Shown here piece by piece: positions 45,212 through 57,520 of a DNA stretch of 64,000 bases (positions within the stretch are counted from its first letter, which is position 1; each line of letters opens with the position of its first letter). This stretch comes from Mayamaea pseudoterrestris. Taxonomy: Eukaryota. Under the pieces are notes generated by a model. It ran no database searches. It was given only the letters and a program-made list of their open reading frames with translations, and was not told the DNA's origin. Position numbers and translations under genes: made by a program. The stretch is taken from the NCBI GenBank assembly GCA_027923505.1, contig BROI01000031.1, positions 62,001 to 126,000 on the forward strand, given 5' to 3'.

Positions 45212-48200
45212 CGTGAAGCGACTTAACTGTATGCTTAACTCAGTCACTTGGAGCCATCTCCAGTCACAAAGGTTACTCTCTACGACATTAAGCGCAAGTC
45301 TACAATGGGAGTGGAAACACCCTCCCAATGCCAAGGCAGCCATGAGTTTGAGCTGACGCAGATTAGCTCTTCACCTTGGTAATTGCATGCATTGCCAATA
45401 ACGGTCCAGACAACATTAAAGGCATCTTCATTGATCTATTTCTGACCTTGGTTTCTGACCTTGGTCACGTGTCAGAATGTGTTTGACGAGCACGTTCCAG
45501 CCACAGACCTTCGCGAGTCATCCAGTAATTTGGCGGGCACTGCACATCTTGGAAAACTTCAACAGTCTTTTCCTCAAGCGCGAGTCATGATCCAATTGAA
45601 GTATTGCTGGGCCATACAGAGAAAGCTGAGCTTCCAGGTCACAGCCAGTCCACCTTCTTGTTGTTGCAGGTGGAACAAGAAGCTTAAGTGAGCTGTATTG
45701 AAGTGCAAGCCCAAAAATGTGTCTATTTCAAGCACACTGTCCAATCTTTCTGAGCAGCTAGGTGCTGTCAACAACCAAGGTTATGGCTTGTCTGAGGCTA
45801 TGTGGCACTGAGCATGCTAGTCACCAAAGATGCCAACAGGGCCATTCTCAGCCAAGGTATTATTGCGGTCACTCTTCACATCACTCAGTCAACGACTTAA
45901 TGCAAGAACACATTTATGCCATGGACAACCTTATCACTGAGCGGGCTAATTCAATAGCTAACATCAACACGCAAAATGGTGAGCTCGCGCGGTCAAACTT
46001 ATGCCAACAAAAGAGTTTGTAGCAACCATTTAGGTCCTTCAAGAATTGCTACAAAAAACTGTTTTGCTGATAGAAAGGTGAGGCTAAGCCTTGAAACTGG
46101 AACACTCTGTGACTGCAATGCACAAGCTTCATGTGGATGCGTGTGGCATCAAACAAACCATATTTTTTGTGAATGAATGGAATAGTGACTTGGTGCAAAC
46201 AAAGGCATCAAAGATGGAAAACAAATGGTTTGCTTCTGGGGTACCGTCAATGGCGAGCAGATTAACCAAGGCAATTTAGCTGACTCTGGTTGCTTAGGTA
46301 CAAGTGCTTATAGCACCAGTCATGCCGAAACTGACCGGATGTATCAAGCAGGTTGTCAAGGCCAATGGCTTTGTAGGACAAAGTTCCTAGCTGGCGCGGA
46401 TCAACCGTTTTTGAACAGATTGAGCTGGTGAGGTCGATGGCGCCATCAAGATCACTTTGTGTATGTTGGGGTCGTTTTCTTATTTGCATGCTTCCACAGT
46501 GCATCTGGATGTTTAGCTTTTCACCCCAATGGAACAAAAAAGTGGATTGGGTGTTCCCCTATTTGCGCGACAGAGCTTGCGCGGCAGAGCGTACGCAAGG
46601 AATGGAAGCCGCCTTTCTACAGTTACAAAATAAGATCCTCCAAAGCTCTGGGCGCACAGCGTGCACACTGCAGTGGTCCTCGACAATTAACTTGCTCGAG
46701 GTAAGTACAGCAATGCATACGCCGCGTTTGCACTTGTCAGACACCTTTCTTGTTTGGAAACCCTCAATGGGTCGAGTCATCTGTACTAGAAATGTCAAGT
46801 TTGCACAAACACACCTTCAACAGAGTCCTGTTAATGAAGGCTCAATGAGTGACAGTGCTTCTGCCTGCTTGAGTGACACCAACAAGGAGGATACAAGTGA
46901 TGGTGACTCACTCCCTCACAATGAATCATCTGAATTAAGTGCCGATGGATCAGTCATCAGTCATCCAACCAGGGAGGGATTCTGCTCCTGAGTCAATCAT
47001 TTGCCTCTTCCTTGCCTCTGGTTAACAGTTCTCTGCAAAGAGAGCTACGCAGAATAAATTCAGATTACAATCCATTGTCTGTTGAAGAAGAATGTGAGCA
47101 ACGGTGCACTGTCGGAACAAGTCAAGCGTGACACCAATCCATCACCAGTCCCCACGGTACCTCAAGTTGCCAGCATGGCTGTCATTGCAAATAGTAAATA
47201 AAAACGCCTTCCTTTGCCTACTAATGCTAAAGTTGCTCACCTTAAGGAGAACAAGCTTGTATGGGGACCTGCTACGTTTGATAAGTATGACAATGAAATG
47301 CAAAGCCTGGGTTGTCAAGCCAAAGGACTGCAAGTTGCACACACCTCGCCATCTCCCTGTTCATACAGCAGGAGATAGATTGCCACAAGGCAGCAGAAGC
47401 TAACTGGAGATGCTGCGATGTGTTCGATATAGACGCTGTGTTCCTCAACACACCAGTTGCAACTGACTTGTGGATCAAAAATGTCACCATTATTTGAAGA
47501 ATATTGTCAATTGAGAGGAGTCCCTTTTGATCCAATCAAGCAATGCTTGCGACTCGCCAACACGCAATATGGACAAGTCAATACCCCAGCACTGTGGCTG
47601 AAACACTTTGCAAAGATCCTACATGCTTCAGGAATGATGCTGACAAAGAGCAATCCATGTATGTTCTTCAAGAGGTTGCCAACCAGTGAGCTTCTTCTAC
47701 TCGTTAAAATCTATGTTGATGATGCTGCAGTTTGTGGAGTCTCTCGAGAAGTAGAGGAAAGCATGACAATGCCATCTACAATGGATTTGCTGCATCACCA
47801 ATTCAGAAGGATGTTGCAAACCACATTAACTTAGTAAGATCTATTTCACGCCTGAAATGATCAGGCTTATGTGCTTAAAAAACAGCTGCTTTGCACAGAA
47901 CCTCTGGCGCAATCTACCAATGTGATCGGTCGGACTTTCATTCTTGGAATGTGCTACCTTAGGACTCATTTTTTTCAAAAATGATGTAAGTGCTTGCCAC
48001 GCGTACACCTCTCATCAATGCGATAGGATTAGATATGGATCATGCAGCACGTCACTGTACTGCGAGCTGACTTCTCAATACGTACTTGTTCTTTTCACGC
48101 CTATCCAGTAGGCTTTCTGAATCATCAGCAGACTTGATAAGTATGTTTTGCGTATGTCCTTGAGGCACTGTTTGGGGGCATTAATCTTTAGCACAATACA

Positions 48201-48960
48201 ACATCTCCAACATAGGTCACCTTTCTAACTGGAACGATTGCATGACCATTGAGAGCATCTTGATTTGCTTTAAAACTTGCCAAATCCTCCTCTCACAATC
48301 ATCCTGCTCCTTGATTGCTTCTCCAAGAGATTCTCTTAATAATGCCACCAAAAACATGCTCAGGCTCAGGATCCGGGTTGTGTCAAAGCCATGCAAAATG
48401 AACCAAGTGCTGGAGCCAAAGCAGCTGGCAACAGACATGTTCCTTATGGCAGTAAGTTACTTGTCATACACATGCAACCTACACTGCAGAGTTGTCCATC
48501 ACTCATTTTCTTTTCTCTAGCTCGAATTCCTTTTGCACAGGCTCGGCAGCAAGGTGCGGAAGGTAAGCAGATGTTCAGTGTCTTTACATCCAGTAATTTC
48601 AATTGCAATTTCACAACTAATTCTTATGCCAATTGCATTTTCAACAGGACTCTTTCTAGGCTGCTCAGTGCTGTCAACAAACAAGGTCAAGGCTTGTCTG
48701 AGGCTGTGCAGGCGCTGAGCATGTGAGTCACCGAAAACGCCATCAGTGCCATTCTCAGCCAAGACCACGTCTTGGAAGTCCATGAGAGCCAGGTGTGCTT
48801 TATCAACTCAGTCCGCGTCATGCAAGAACATACTCAAGCAATGCACAACCTTTTCACTGAGGTGGCTAATTTGATAGCTAACATCAACACGCAAACTGGT
48901 GAGCTCGCTCAGTCAAACCTTCATTGCCAAGAGTTTTGACCGCCATCCAGGCCTTGCGAG
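45170..48960 (+). repeat. Segmental duplicate (copy 2): decayed copia IN-RT-RH with remnants of the spliced coiled-coil gene on both sides
   Basis: Direct repeat of 37217-39831 and inverted homolog of 30236-32140. Motifs DIDAVFLN, QYGQVNTPALW and KIYVDD. Confidence 0.85.
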
Positions 48961-49726
48961 AGTTGCTTCAAGAATGGCTACAAGCCCATTTCAATGAGTT
49001 TTAAAATGTTGTAAACGAGCATGCGATCCAACAAGCATCACTGAGTCACGATGTGATTCACGTTGACTTGCTTGGTCTTGGGCGTCCCCTAAACTTCGCT
49101 TGCAAACAAGAAGAACAGCAAAGGAGCGTAAGCGTAACCACACTTATAGTTGGGCTCAGAAACCAGTTAAACATTCCTTTTGCTGCTCTCGTCTTACTGC
49201 TTTATATGGATACATTAGTCTCAAAAGTACAAAGACTGTAGTTGGATGAAAGTTGCTTTACTAGTAGGTGTGAATTAGATGTGATGTGGGTCGGTGAAAG
49301 CACACTGAGACTGAGCAAACGATTGCAGTCCAAAGGAGCAAAGAAAGGCCATGTATGCTCCAGCTCAGTTTCACCTCATGGTACATACAACTTGCATCTA
49401 AAGAGGGCCTGGTACAGTGCAAGTTCAAGTACATGAATGAGGAGGATTCCCATGGCGATGGCTTGATTAGGTGGAACGAGATGAGTGGTTGAAAGGTGTC
49501 GCACTGATAACCGCAACGACCTTTAACTCACTGCTGAGGCTAACTTTCAAGCGCTCGATAGAAATGGTATCACTAGTCAGGATCGCATGCCTAGGAGTGA
49601 TTGCTTCTTGCTTGCGACGCTCGACCATGCGCGGAAAATGGAGCGGACGACAACGTTCTTCCAGGAACCATTAACAACCAATCCAAGACGCTTTCATTCT
49701 AATCTAACCACAATCTACATAGTAAA

Positions 49727-52700
49727 ATGGAGACGCCTGCAGGGAGCATTGGCGACAGTGCCAACGAGTCAAGTCGTCGCTGCAAGTGTCACGACTTTTG
49801 TAAACTCTTCAAGCGATACGGATAAAAAAGGAGTTGATGAGCAGAAGAACGCTGGTGACAAAGAAGAGCAACAATCTCAGCCTATCGATGATAGCCGACT
49901 TGTTCACTGAGCCGGTGCCAGCACTTGTCGCTGCTACAGCTGCGTGGAGCTACAAACCACAGAATTACTTGAAGTGGTCGAGAACCAAAAGAAACTTGCT
50001 AAAGAGTCAGGGCATATTATTGATTCCCTACAAGCCCAAAACGAAAAGGAAAAGGCAAGGAATGCCGGGCTGGGTGGCAAGGATGGTTCGACAGATGATA
50101 TAAAAAGTGAGATAAAAAAATTCTACGAGAATGAGCAGGTTCTCGTAACACAGTGCACTGCTTTGGAAGAACAGAAGTTGTATTGGCAGGAGGAATGTAA
50201 TGCTTTGCGAGCTCAGAATGTCTTGCTGGAGCGACACGCGTTAGATCTTGACTACTGGTCAGATGTAGACTTCGGCGAGGTACATGCCAATCAGTTGGTT
50301 TTTCCATGGAGTGCCAATTAACCGGCTGATGGGCATGTAACTGCGACCATCAGGCACCAAACTTTACGCGGTCAGATGCCGCTTGACGTGGACAATATGG
50401 ACTTGGAAACAAAATCGTTGGAGTCTGCCCTAAAGATCATCTGCCATGGGTATTTAGCAGCCAAGGAAAGCTGGCTTGATCGTGTTTTGGTTTTTGTACT
50501 CAAGTTGCTATTCACAAAAAGCTCTGTCGGTTTGGTGTCGCGTATTTCATTCATCAATATGTCAATAACAATGGCAGAGTCAGTGTCCCGTTGCCGCGCG
50601 CTGAGCAGGTACAGATCCATTTTTTGAGCTGGGAGTTGTCAAACGCAATAAAATGTCGCGAACTGCCGGTGCAGCCTCCTTCAAAAAGGCACACGTTGTC
50701 AAAGTGGGATTTCTTCGCCATGGATCAGATTCAAGATTGAGTGATTGCCTTGGAAGCTTTAAAAAATGGCGAATTCTGGAGTAGCGGTGAATCACCTGAA
50801 TAGCAATGGTATCCATACGTCTCGAACCTTCTTTGTTGTGCTCTTTGTCGCAGTTGCGCAGAAGGTACACACTAAGCGAAAGAGATCTGCGTTCAATGCG
50901 CTAACGATCGTGTCAATAAGATACAAAAAGAGTTCGCTCTCATTTTTACAGTCGTTGAAAAGATTATTAAATCTGACACGACTGCGCATCTTGTGGGCGG
51001 CATAGACGATGTAAATTCTGCGCTAATTGTTGGAGAACTGTTCAAAAGGTTACATTTGTTGGCATCAAAGAAACGAGACGAGGACGCGGAGCGGACATGG
51101 GAAGTAACCGTGTTGTCTGCAGCTGTTCACATACTTTTTGCGACGCAATTGACGACCTTGCACCGCATCGTACGGCTGTCGGCTGCATTTGGCGAGCCTT
51201 CTTCTGAAAAGAAACTGGCAGTTGGGAAAAAGAAATCAACAGTAGGGAAAAATAATATGGCAGTTGGGAAAAAGAAACCGCCGGTTGCACAAGTCATGAA
51301 CAACTCAGTGTTGACAGCACCATTGTTGAACCTTCAGTCGGAGTTACTCAAGCCTGAGATCAAGGGTTGACCCATTGCGGTTTGAGGAAGTAATGAGCGA
51401 CGCCTCAAATATTGCCATAGACAACTCAGTGTTGACAGCACACTTGTTGAATCTTCGGGCAGAATTTTTGGAGCCAGTGATTATGAATCACCCAATGCTG
51501 TACGACGAAGTAATGGGTGACGCCACAAATATTGCTCCTATCAATGCGGTGAATAAACAAATATATTCTTTTTTGAGTGGGGGCAACGAGTTCATCTTGG
51601 CAGTTTTGTGAGTCAGTTGCCGTCTTTATGCATTTTGCTGGATTCAATTTTTGCTCACAGTGACGTATTTGTTGCTACTTTCGCAGGAGCGATACATAGG
51701 CGTCGGAAATGGAAGTGTTCTTTGCTGTGTGGGCAAGCCAAGTTCTTGTGGGTTAACTTCCGCTGGACAGGATTGGGTCATGTGGCGCAAGATACTAAAG
51801 TATGGCAGATGCCTTGTACCCACTGATACGTACGTTCCTTGTTTACATGTTTAACTGCTGCACAGATCAATGCTAACCTTTGGTCTATCTACACAGTGAG
51901 CCGGAAACCAAATTATTGATGGTGATGGAAACAGGGGTGCCATTGCATGTATGGGTAAAGGAACATTTTGTTGGCATGCCTGACAAGCAGGCACTACTTA
52001 TTCTTTATGATCTAATCGCGGGTCTCTGCAGCGTCGGCCTCTTCTTGGAGTTTTTGTCTGCGTTTGGCACAATGACTTTAAGATTGAGAATATAATTATG
52101 TGTCGATGCCAAGGACGCGAACTAATGTTGATTAATGCTGGTAAACTGGATTACACTCCAGCTGGAATGCTGTGGCGTCCCAAGGTGATCAATTTTGGAA
52201 GTTGCCTTATGGAAGGTTTGTACGCGGGCATAATGGTGACCTCGATGCAAGTTGATCCTATTGAGAAGTTACTTGCTCTACAAGACAAAATATCCGCAAC
52301 TGCTTCCATCAGATACTCGATGGGTTGCCTACTTATTACTGTAGCAAATTACGGGATTGATCCATGGGCGACACAAGCTGGTAGAAGCAGTATATGCCCC
52401 CAAGAGCTTTGTAAGCTTATTTGTCAGGCAATTGACAGGCGATTGATTGGGAATTCAATGATTTTTGGGACAGTGGTGATATCGCTTACATCGTCAATCT
52501 TATCTACCAGTACATTGTTACCTTGCATACGGAGAATTTGTGGGTTGCGCGGCAGTTGGTCAAAGATTGCCCGAAGCTTGCAGGTCTAGTAGAGTTTTTG
52601 CAAGATGAGACGCGAAATGAGGAGTTCCAAAAGCACGTCAGCCTCTTCTCTTTGACGCATGGTGATTTCATGCGGGCAGTTTGCCGATGTCCCATGTTTA

Positions 52701-52849
52701 AAAGCAAGGAAGCTGCTATCCTAGGCTTTTTCCACCTTATGGATCCCTCGCCATCAAACCAAATGTCTTTTGAAAATCTTATGATGTTGCTCAAAGATTG
52801 GTCTTTTTTGCCGCCTAGTGCTTTTTTGGTAACTACATATGACGCATGA
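49727..52849 (+). pseudogene. Fragmented multi-exon protein-kinase-like gene with an N-terminal coiled coil
   Basis: Pieces give ELLEVVENQKKL...(coiled coil), LLMVMETG, WHNDFKIENIIM (catalytic loop, ~52066-52100) and PKVINFGSC (DFG-like). Several stops and frameshifts. Confidence 0.55.
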
Positions 52850-53388
52850 AAGTGAACGTCTATATTTACTTGTAATTAGTCTGCAACATCTCTATCTGCC
52901 AACTTGGGGTCAGCCTGTTTCGCCAGGGGTTACCGGAAAGTGCATCATTTGTTGCAAAAGAAACTCTAGTTACTGCTGGCAAATTATAAAAGAAAAGAAA
53001 TAGCTAGCTTTTACAAACTTTCCATGAGTAAACCAAGCACGTCTCTAGCCCAACCAATGCGTCTGGCCCCCAAAAAAGGTGACCTGACAGCTGACAGTAT
53101 GATTAAAACCAACAGAAAAACATTCAACTGTTGATTGCCAGTGCCCATCAGGCATTGTCAAGTAATATTGTGTGCTGTTGTTGTTGAGAATGGATCAAAA
53201 GTAAGCAACTTGTTTGTGTTTGATCGCTTGATGAGGTTGTCGTCGTGAAGACGACGGCTGAGATCCAGTCGACAACGCATCACATTCGACGGGGCATTAC
53301 GCGTCACAATGGACAACGACAGTGAATTGGCATTTTTTTTATAGATATGCCTTTCATCGCCATTGACATCATTATTTGTGACGCCAGG

Positions 53389-53731
53389 GGCATATGTTAA
53401 CATAAATGACATATGCGACACGTGTCAGCAGGTGTCACACATGCGACATATGTCGACGCATAAAAATCAGCCATTTTCCATCAAGCATTTCGTCACCTAC
53501 AGACCTCTGATTGCAACCAGCTATATGTCATCAGATAATGCAATGGTAGAGGTAAATTATCACCTATTTACTTTTTGGTTGTAGCTGTATTGTTACAGAC
53601 TTTATGCTGGTTGAAAAATCACATATGTGACATATGCAACACATGCGACATATGTCGACATATGCCTCACATGCGACACCTGTCAGCACGTGTCACATAT
53701 GTCACTTATGACATCAAATGTCACATATGCC
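53389..53731. repeat. Foldback/MITE-like imperfect inverted repeat built from GACATATGTC/GACACGTGTC palindromes
   Basis: The reverse complement of 53389-53460 aligns by eye to ~53650-53731 (GTCGACATATG..GACACCTG..CACGTGTC.CATATGTCA.TTATG..CATATGCC). Confidence 0.6.
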
Positions 53732-53998
53732 ACTGAATCCAGCATATGTAGAAAATGTCATTTTGGGTCGTGGTTCGTGAGAACTGCTCGTTCACAGGTA
53801 GTGTGGCGGAGAAACGCGCTTGCAGGGTCGACTGCTCCCCGTCGCGAACAATGTCATCAGAGACTTGATCGTGCGGACAATCATGCCATTGAAAATAGCC
53901 ACACACTTTAATCAATTAAACCTTTTCCCTCCACTGCCACTAATGCAGCAGCTAATGGTTTTACTGCTGACATTGGCAATGAAATATGGTTGCGCCAT

Positions 53999-54327
53999 TG
54001 ACACGATAATATCAGACGAACCTTTATTCCAGCGACTACAATGGACTAGGAGCGATCAACCTCTTCGTCCAGCGTAAAGCAAACAAACAAACTCAATTGC
54101 TAGAATAGTGCATGTTACTCGCTACTCTACTCGTGCGCTTCTTTCTCGTTCTCACTGGGTTCACGGTCGAGGTTCACGCCTCGATCGTCAGCGATTTCAC
54201 TCATGTATGTGAGGATTCGGTCACAAGTGTGACTCAACCCTGCACAGGATTAAATGCATACAAAACACAGGTAGCTAACCGTCTTGTCATAAGACGCAGG
54301 TCAACTCAACTCACACATTGTGTGTCA
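53999..54327 (-). repeat. 3' LTR of the inverted copia copy (329 bp), with the PPT at 54328-54335
   Basis: Matches 29907-30235 except for ~8 nt just inside the LTR 5' end. Confidence 0.93.
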
Positions 54328-57300
54328 TCCCCCTTGATCTAGGCTTGACAACGATCGGTTTGCCGTATCACCCTTCCAGAAAAGAATCGGAATGATCAGG
54401 GGTCGGAACGTGGCAAGAACTTGAGAACGCCGGCGACGTTTCTGCAAAAAGATGTGCTCAAAGTACAGAACATTGCTTGCAATGGCCTCGCGAACTCGGT
54501 GGTAGGCGAGCGCATTGTGTCGCTTAGAAAGTGTGGAGTGCGGGATCGTTGACGACTTCTTGACACTTTCGTTGTCGCCGAACATCCAGGCTGGTCCACT
54601 CAAAGGAACTCCCAGCATGCGTAGGGAGTATCGGAAATCCATAATCTGTTCCGTCGCGGTCTTGGCAACGACGAACTCGGATCCATATGTTGCAGTCTCA
54701 ACAGTATTCTGACGCTTGCAGAACCATTCGACGGGTGTCTGGTTCGGAGCAGGACCCGCGGAACGCCAGTAGTGTAAGCATGGTACAGGTTCCGCCAGAG
54801 TTAGTTGCACAGGTTGGCCTCGATCGGCATAGTCCACGGAAGCTCTTCCTTTGAGTTGCCGATACCGCCAGAACGAACATGGTAGTTCCCGTGACGACGA
54901 TTCGCCTGGAAACGAATCGCCGATCAGGGTACTCAGCCAGGTAACGCAAGAACTCGCTGGCTCGATACAGGAAAAACGCGGGCGCGGGGGCGCAGCGAAC
55001 GGCAAGCGTCATTACGGCACAATGAATGTCAAGCGAGGCACGCCCCGGAGGGGAGCAGAGACGGCGACTGCTGAATGCCACGGGCATCCAGCTCTTGGTA
55101 AGGTCAGCTCGGGTGGTCCCCGCCGCCGAGAGCGGTGACTTGCGCTACGCGGGCTTCGGCCAACATGCTCGGAGTTTGAGCATGCGACGACGAGGTCTTC
55201 ACGGGGCCAGAGGCCCACGGGATCACGATGAAGTTAGGCTCAGGTGAATCGATGTCACCGACGCCTTCAACTTGTACTTGCACTCGTCCTTGAGGAGGTC
55301 CGCGGAAGGCCTGTGGATCTTTCATGGCCAAGGACAGACTCGACGAACACGCCGGTACTCGGAGTGAGCACAGTCTTTCATCCAGACGTCAGGATCCGCG
55401 TAGCTTGCAGAATCCAATGTCGCGGGAGTGTGTCGGGGCAAAGTGCTCATGCCAACGCGACGCCAGAAGTGCGAACGCAAGTGCCTTGTAGATGACCAAT
55501 ATGGCCTTCAATGGTCCAAACTGAGGACGGCAACAATGTAGAACCTTTCTCCCTTGGTCTTGGCCTCGGGTAGGTACCGACATCGGCAGCCCAAAACTTG
55601 AGGTCGCTTCAGTTCAGCTAAACAGTGCTATGGTTCCGAATGCTTCGATAGATACAACGCCGGAGTAGGCGGAGTCCTGGGCGGGAGCGGCCAGATGTCC
55701 CGGGAGGTCGGGCCCACGTGGCCGAGACGCTTGCAGTCGAAAAACAAGATGCGCGCTGATGCCTCCCAGTCACTTCCATGAAGGACCGATGCCCTTGTCG
55801 GCGAAAGTGTCGCATCTCGCAGCTGCTCCATCTCAGCCTTGACGCGCCAGCCCACGGTGTTTCGCATTAGCAGCGCCGAGGCGTTCGCCTTCCAGGTATT
55901 AGGAACTTGAACCCAAAACTTGAAACGCGCTCGACACGGTTCTTCTTGCAGCCTTGCACATGGGGTTAAACAGTTTAGTGCGCCCGCCATGCGCGCCAAG
56001 CGCTCCATCCATCCATGCCAGCATGCCCCTGCGCTTGCCATACTCGGCGACGGTCACAGGGTCGGACGGATGATCAATGCGAGTGGCCCCAGGTCTTCTC
56101 GCCATTTGCCCATTGGATGAGGCAAGTTGTAGGATGAGCCGAGCACAGGGCCAGCTTGCGCCAGCGGACCCGCATGTCCGCCAATGAAATCAAACTTGCA
56201 GTACTGGTCGCCGCTGTCAGCGCCCCCAGTCGAACGAATCTTGCCGCCGCAGGTCGCTAGGGGTTCATTGAAGGTAATAAGCTCATTGACGCCGCCGCCG
56301 CCGAGACTCAATCAATGATGATCTTGTGGCGGCTCTCGCGCGTCAGTCGCGAAACCTTGCAAACGGGGTCGCGGTGGAGCCGCTTTCCGCGCGGCAAGAA
56401 GGCCCCCCGAGGAAGAGACGGCATGGGTCCGCCATCCAAACCAGCAACCTCGGCAGCGCGCTTTCAACGGACCGTCATCCACGGTTCCCAGAATCAGGCG
56501 CCGGTCGAAAGGTCGTGGTTCAAACACCGGACCGACCAGGTCGACCTATCGGGCCAAACTCGCCGACAGTTTCTGGACTTGACTCGCTCACGCCAGCAGG
56601 GCGCGCGCCAAGACGGTTCCGCAACAGGGGGCCGGACGGTCAGGAGCGCTTTCAGCTTCAGCGCGTAGGTTGGCGTCCCTTCGGAGAAGGGACGAACGCT
56701 GGATCGAACGACAACCATTCCAGTCCGAACGGATCGAACTTGGCACGTGAGGATGTCACCCCTTGTTCTCTGCAATACCGACCCAGCCCTGCTGCTTCCT
56801 TGGCGGGGGAAATGTCGGGCCGGCCCAGCTTCAACAGGACCCGCTCCCAGAACTCGAACCGCGAGGAACGGGAATGTCGGGCACTGGTTGAAGGCGGCTT
56901 CAGCAGGTGTCTTCCAGTTGAGGGAACGGCTCGAGATGTTGAAAAGGGACAAAGGAGAGGCCCGGGGTGCGGCACGCATGTTTTGGACTGATGACTCACC
57001 TCTGGATGCGACGCCGGGCAGGGTTCTGGTTCTGGTATCCGGCTCGTGGTCACGAACGGAGAACGCAACAAAGTTTCAACTTGCTTCCCGAGCTGCACTC
57101 GCGAGTATCGCGTAATGAGCAAGTCGGGAGCGCCAATGTCTTGAATGAAGCCTCGGAAAGCTGGGCGCCACTCGGTTCGCGGTGGGTATCCCCTGCCAGC
57201 AAACTCTTTTGCCAAACAACAGCTGCACATCTTGCATCCGCCATGGCCCTGGATCCGCTGCAGAAGGCGGCTTCCCTTGAAAACCAGGTATCGGCATGGA

Positions 57301-57520
57301 AAGAACCATTGGCGGCAGGACGCGACCAAAGTGCGCGAAGAATGGGGGTGGGGTGGCGATGCATGGAAAAAGTGTGGTCGTACTTTAACGGCGCGCGTGA
57401 CTCGTTCGAGTGGCGTGTAGCCAAGGTAGGGTCGAAGCGCTTTGCAGTCAGGGTTCTTGTGGCATTATGCGTCGTGGCATTGGCTTCTGGCGCGTCGTAT
57501 CAGCCTGATTGCGAACGACA
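53999..57520 (-). mobile_element. Second, inverted copy of the CoDi-I-like copia (3' LTR, RH, RT, IN); 5'-truncated and indel-rich
   Basis: Reverse complement of ~26470-30235. Shared peptides such as NQTPVEWFCKRQNTVETATYGSEF. Confidence 0.93.

Noticed and set aside
43817..45343. Minus-strand repeat ORFs (VEHLLLVGED / SICCWLVRI)
   Set aside because: They are antisense frames of the NQ-repeat ORF.
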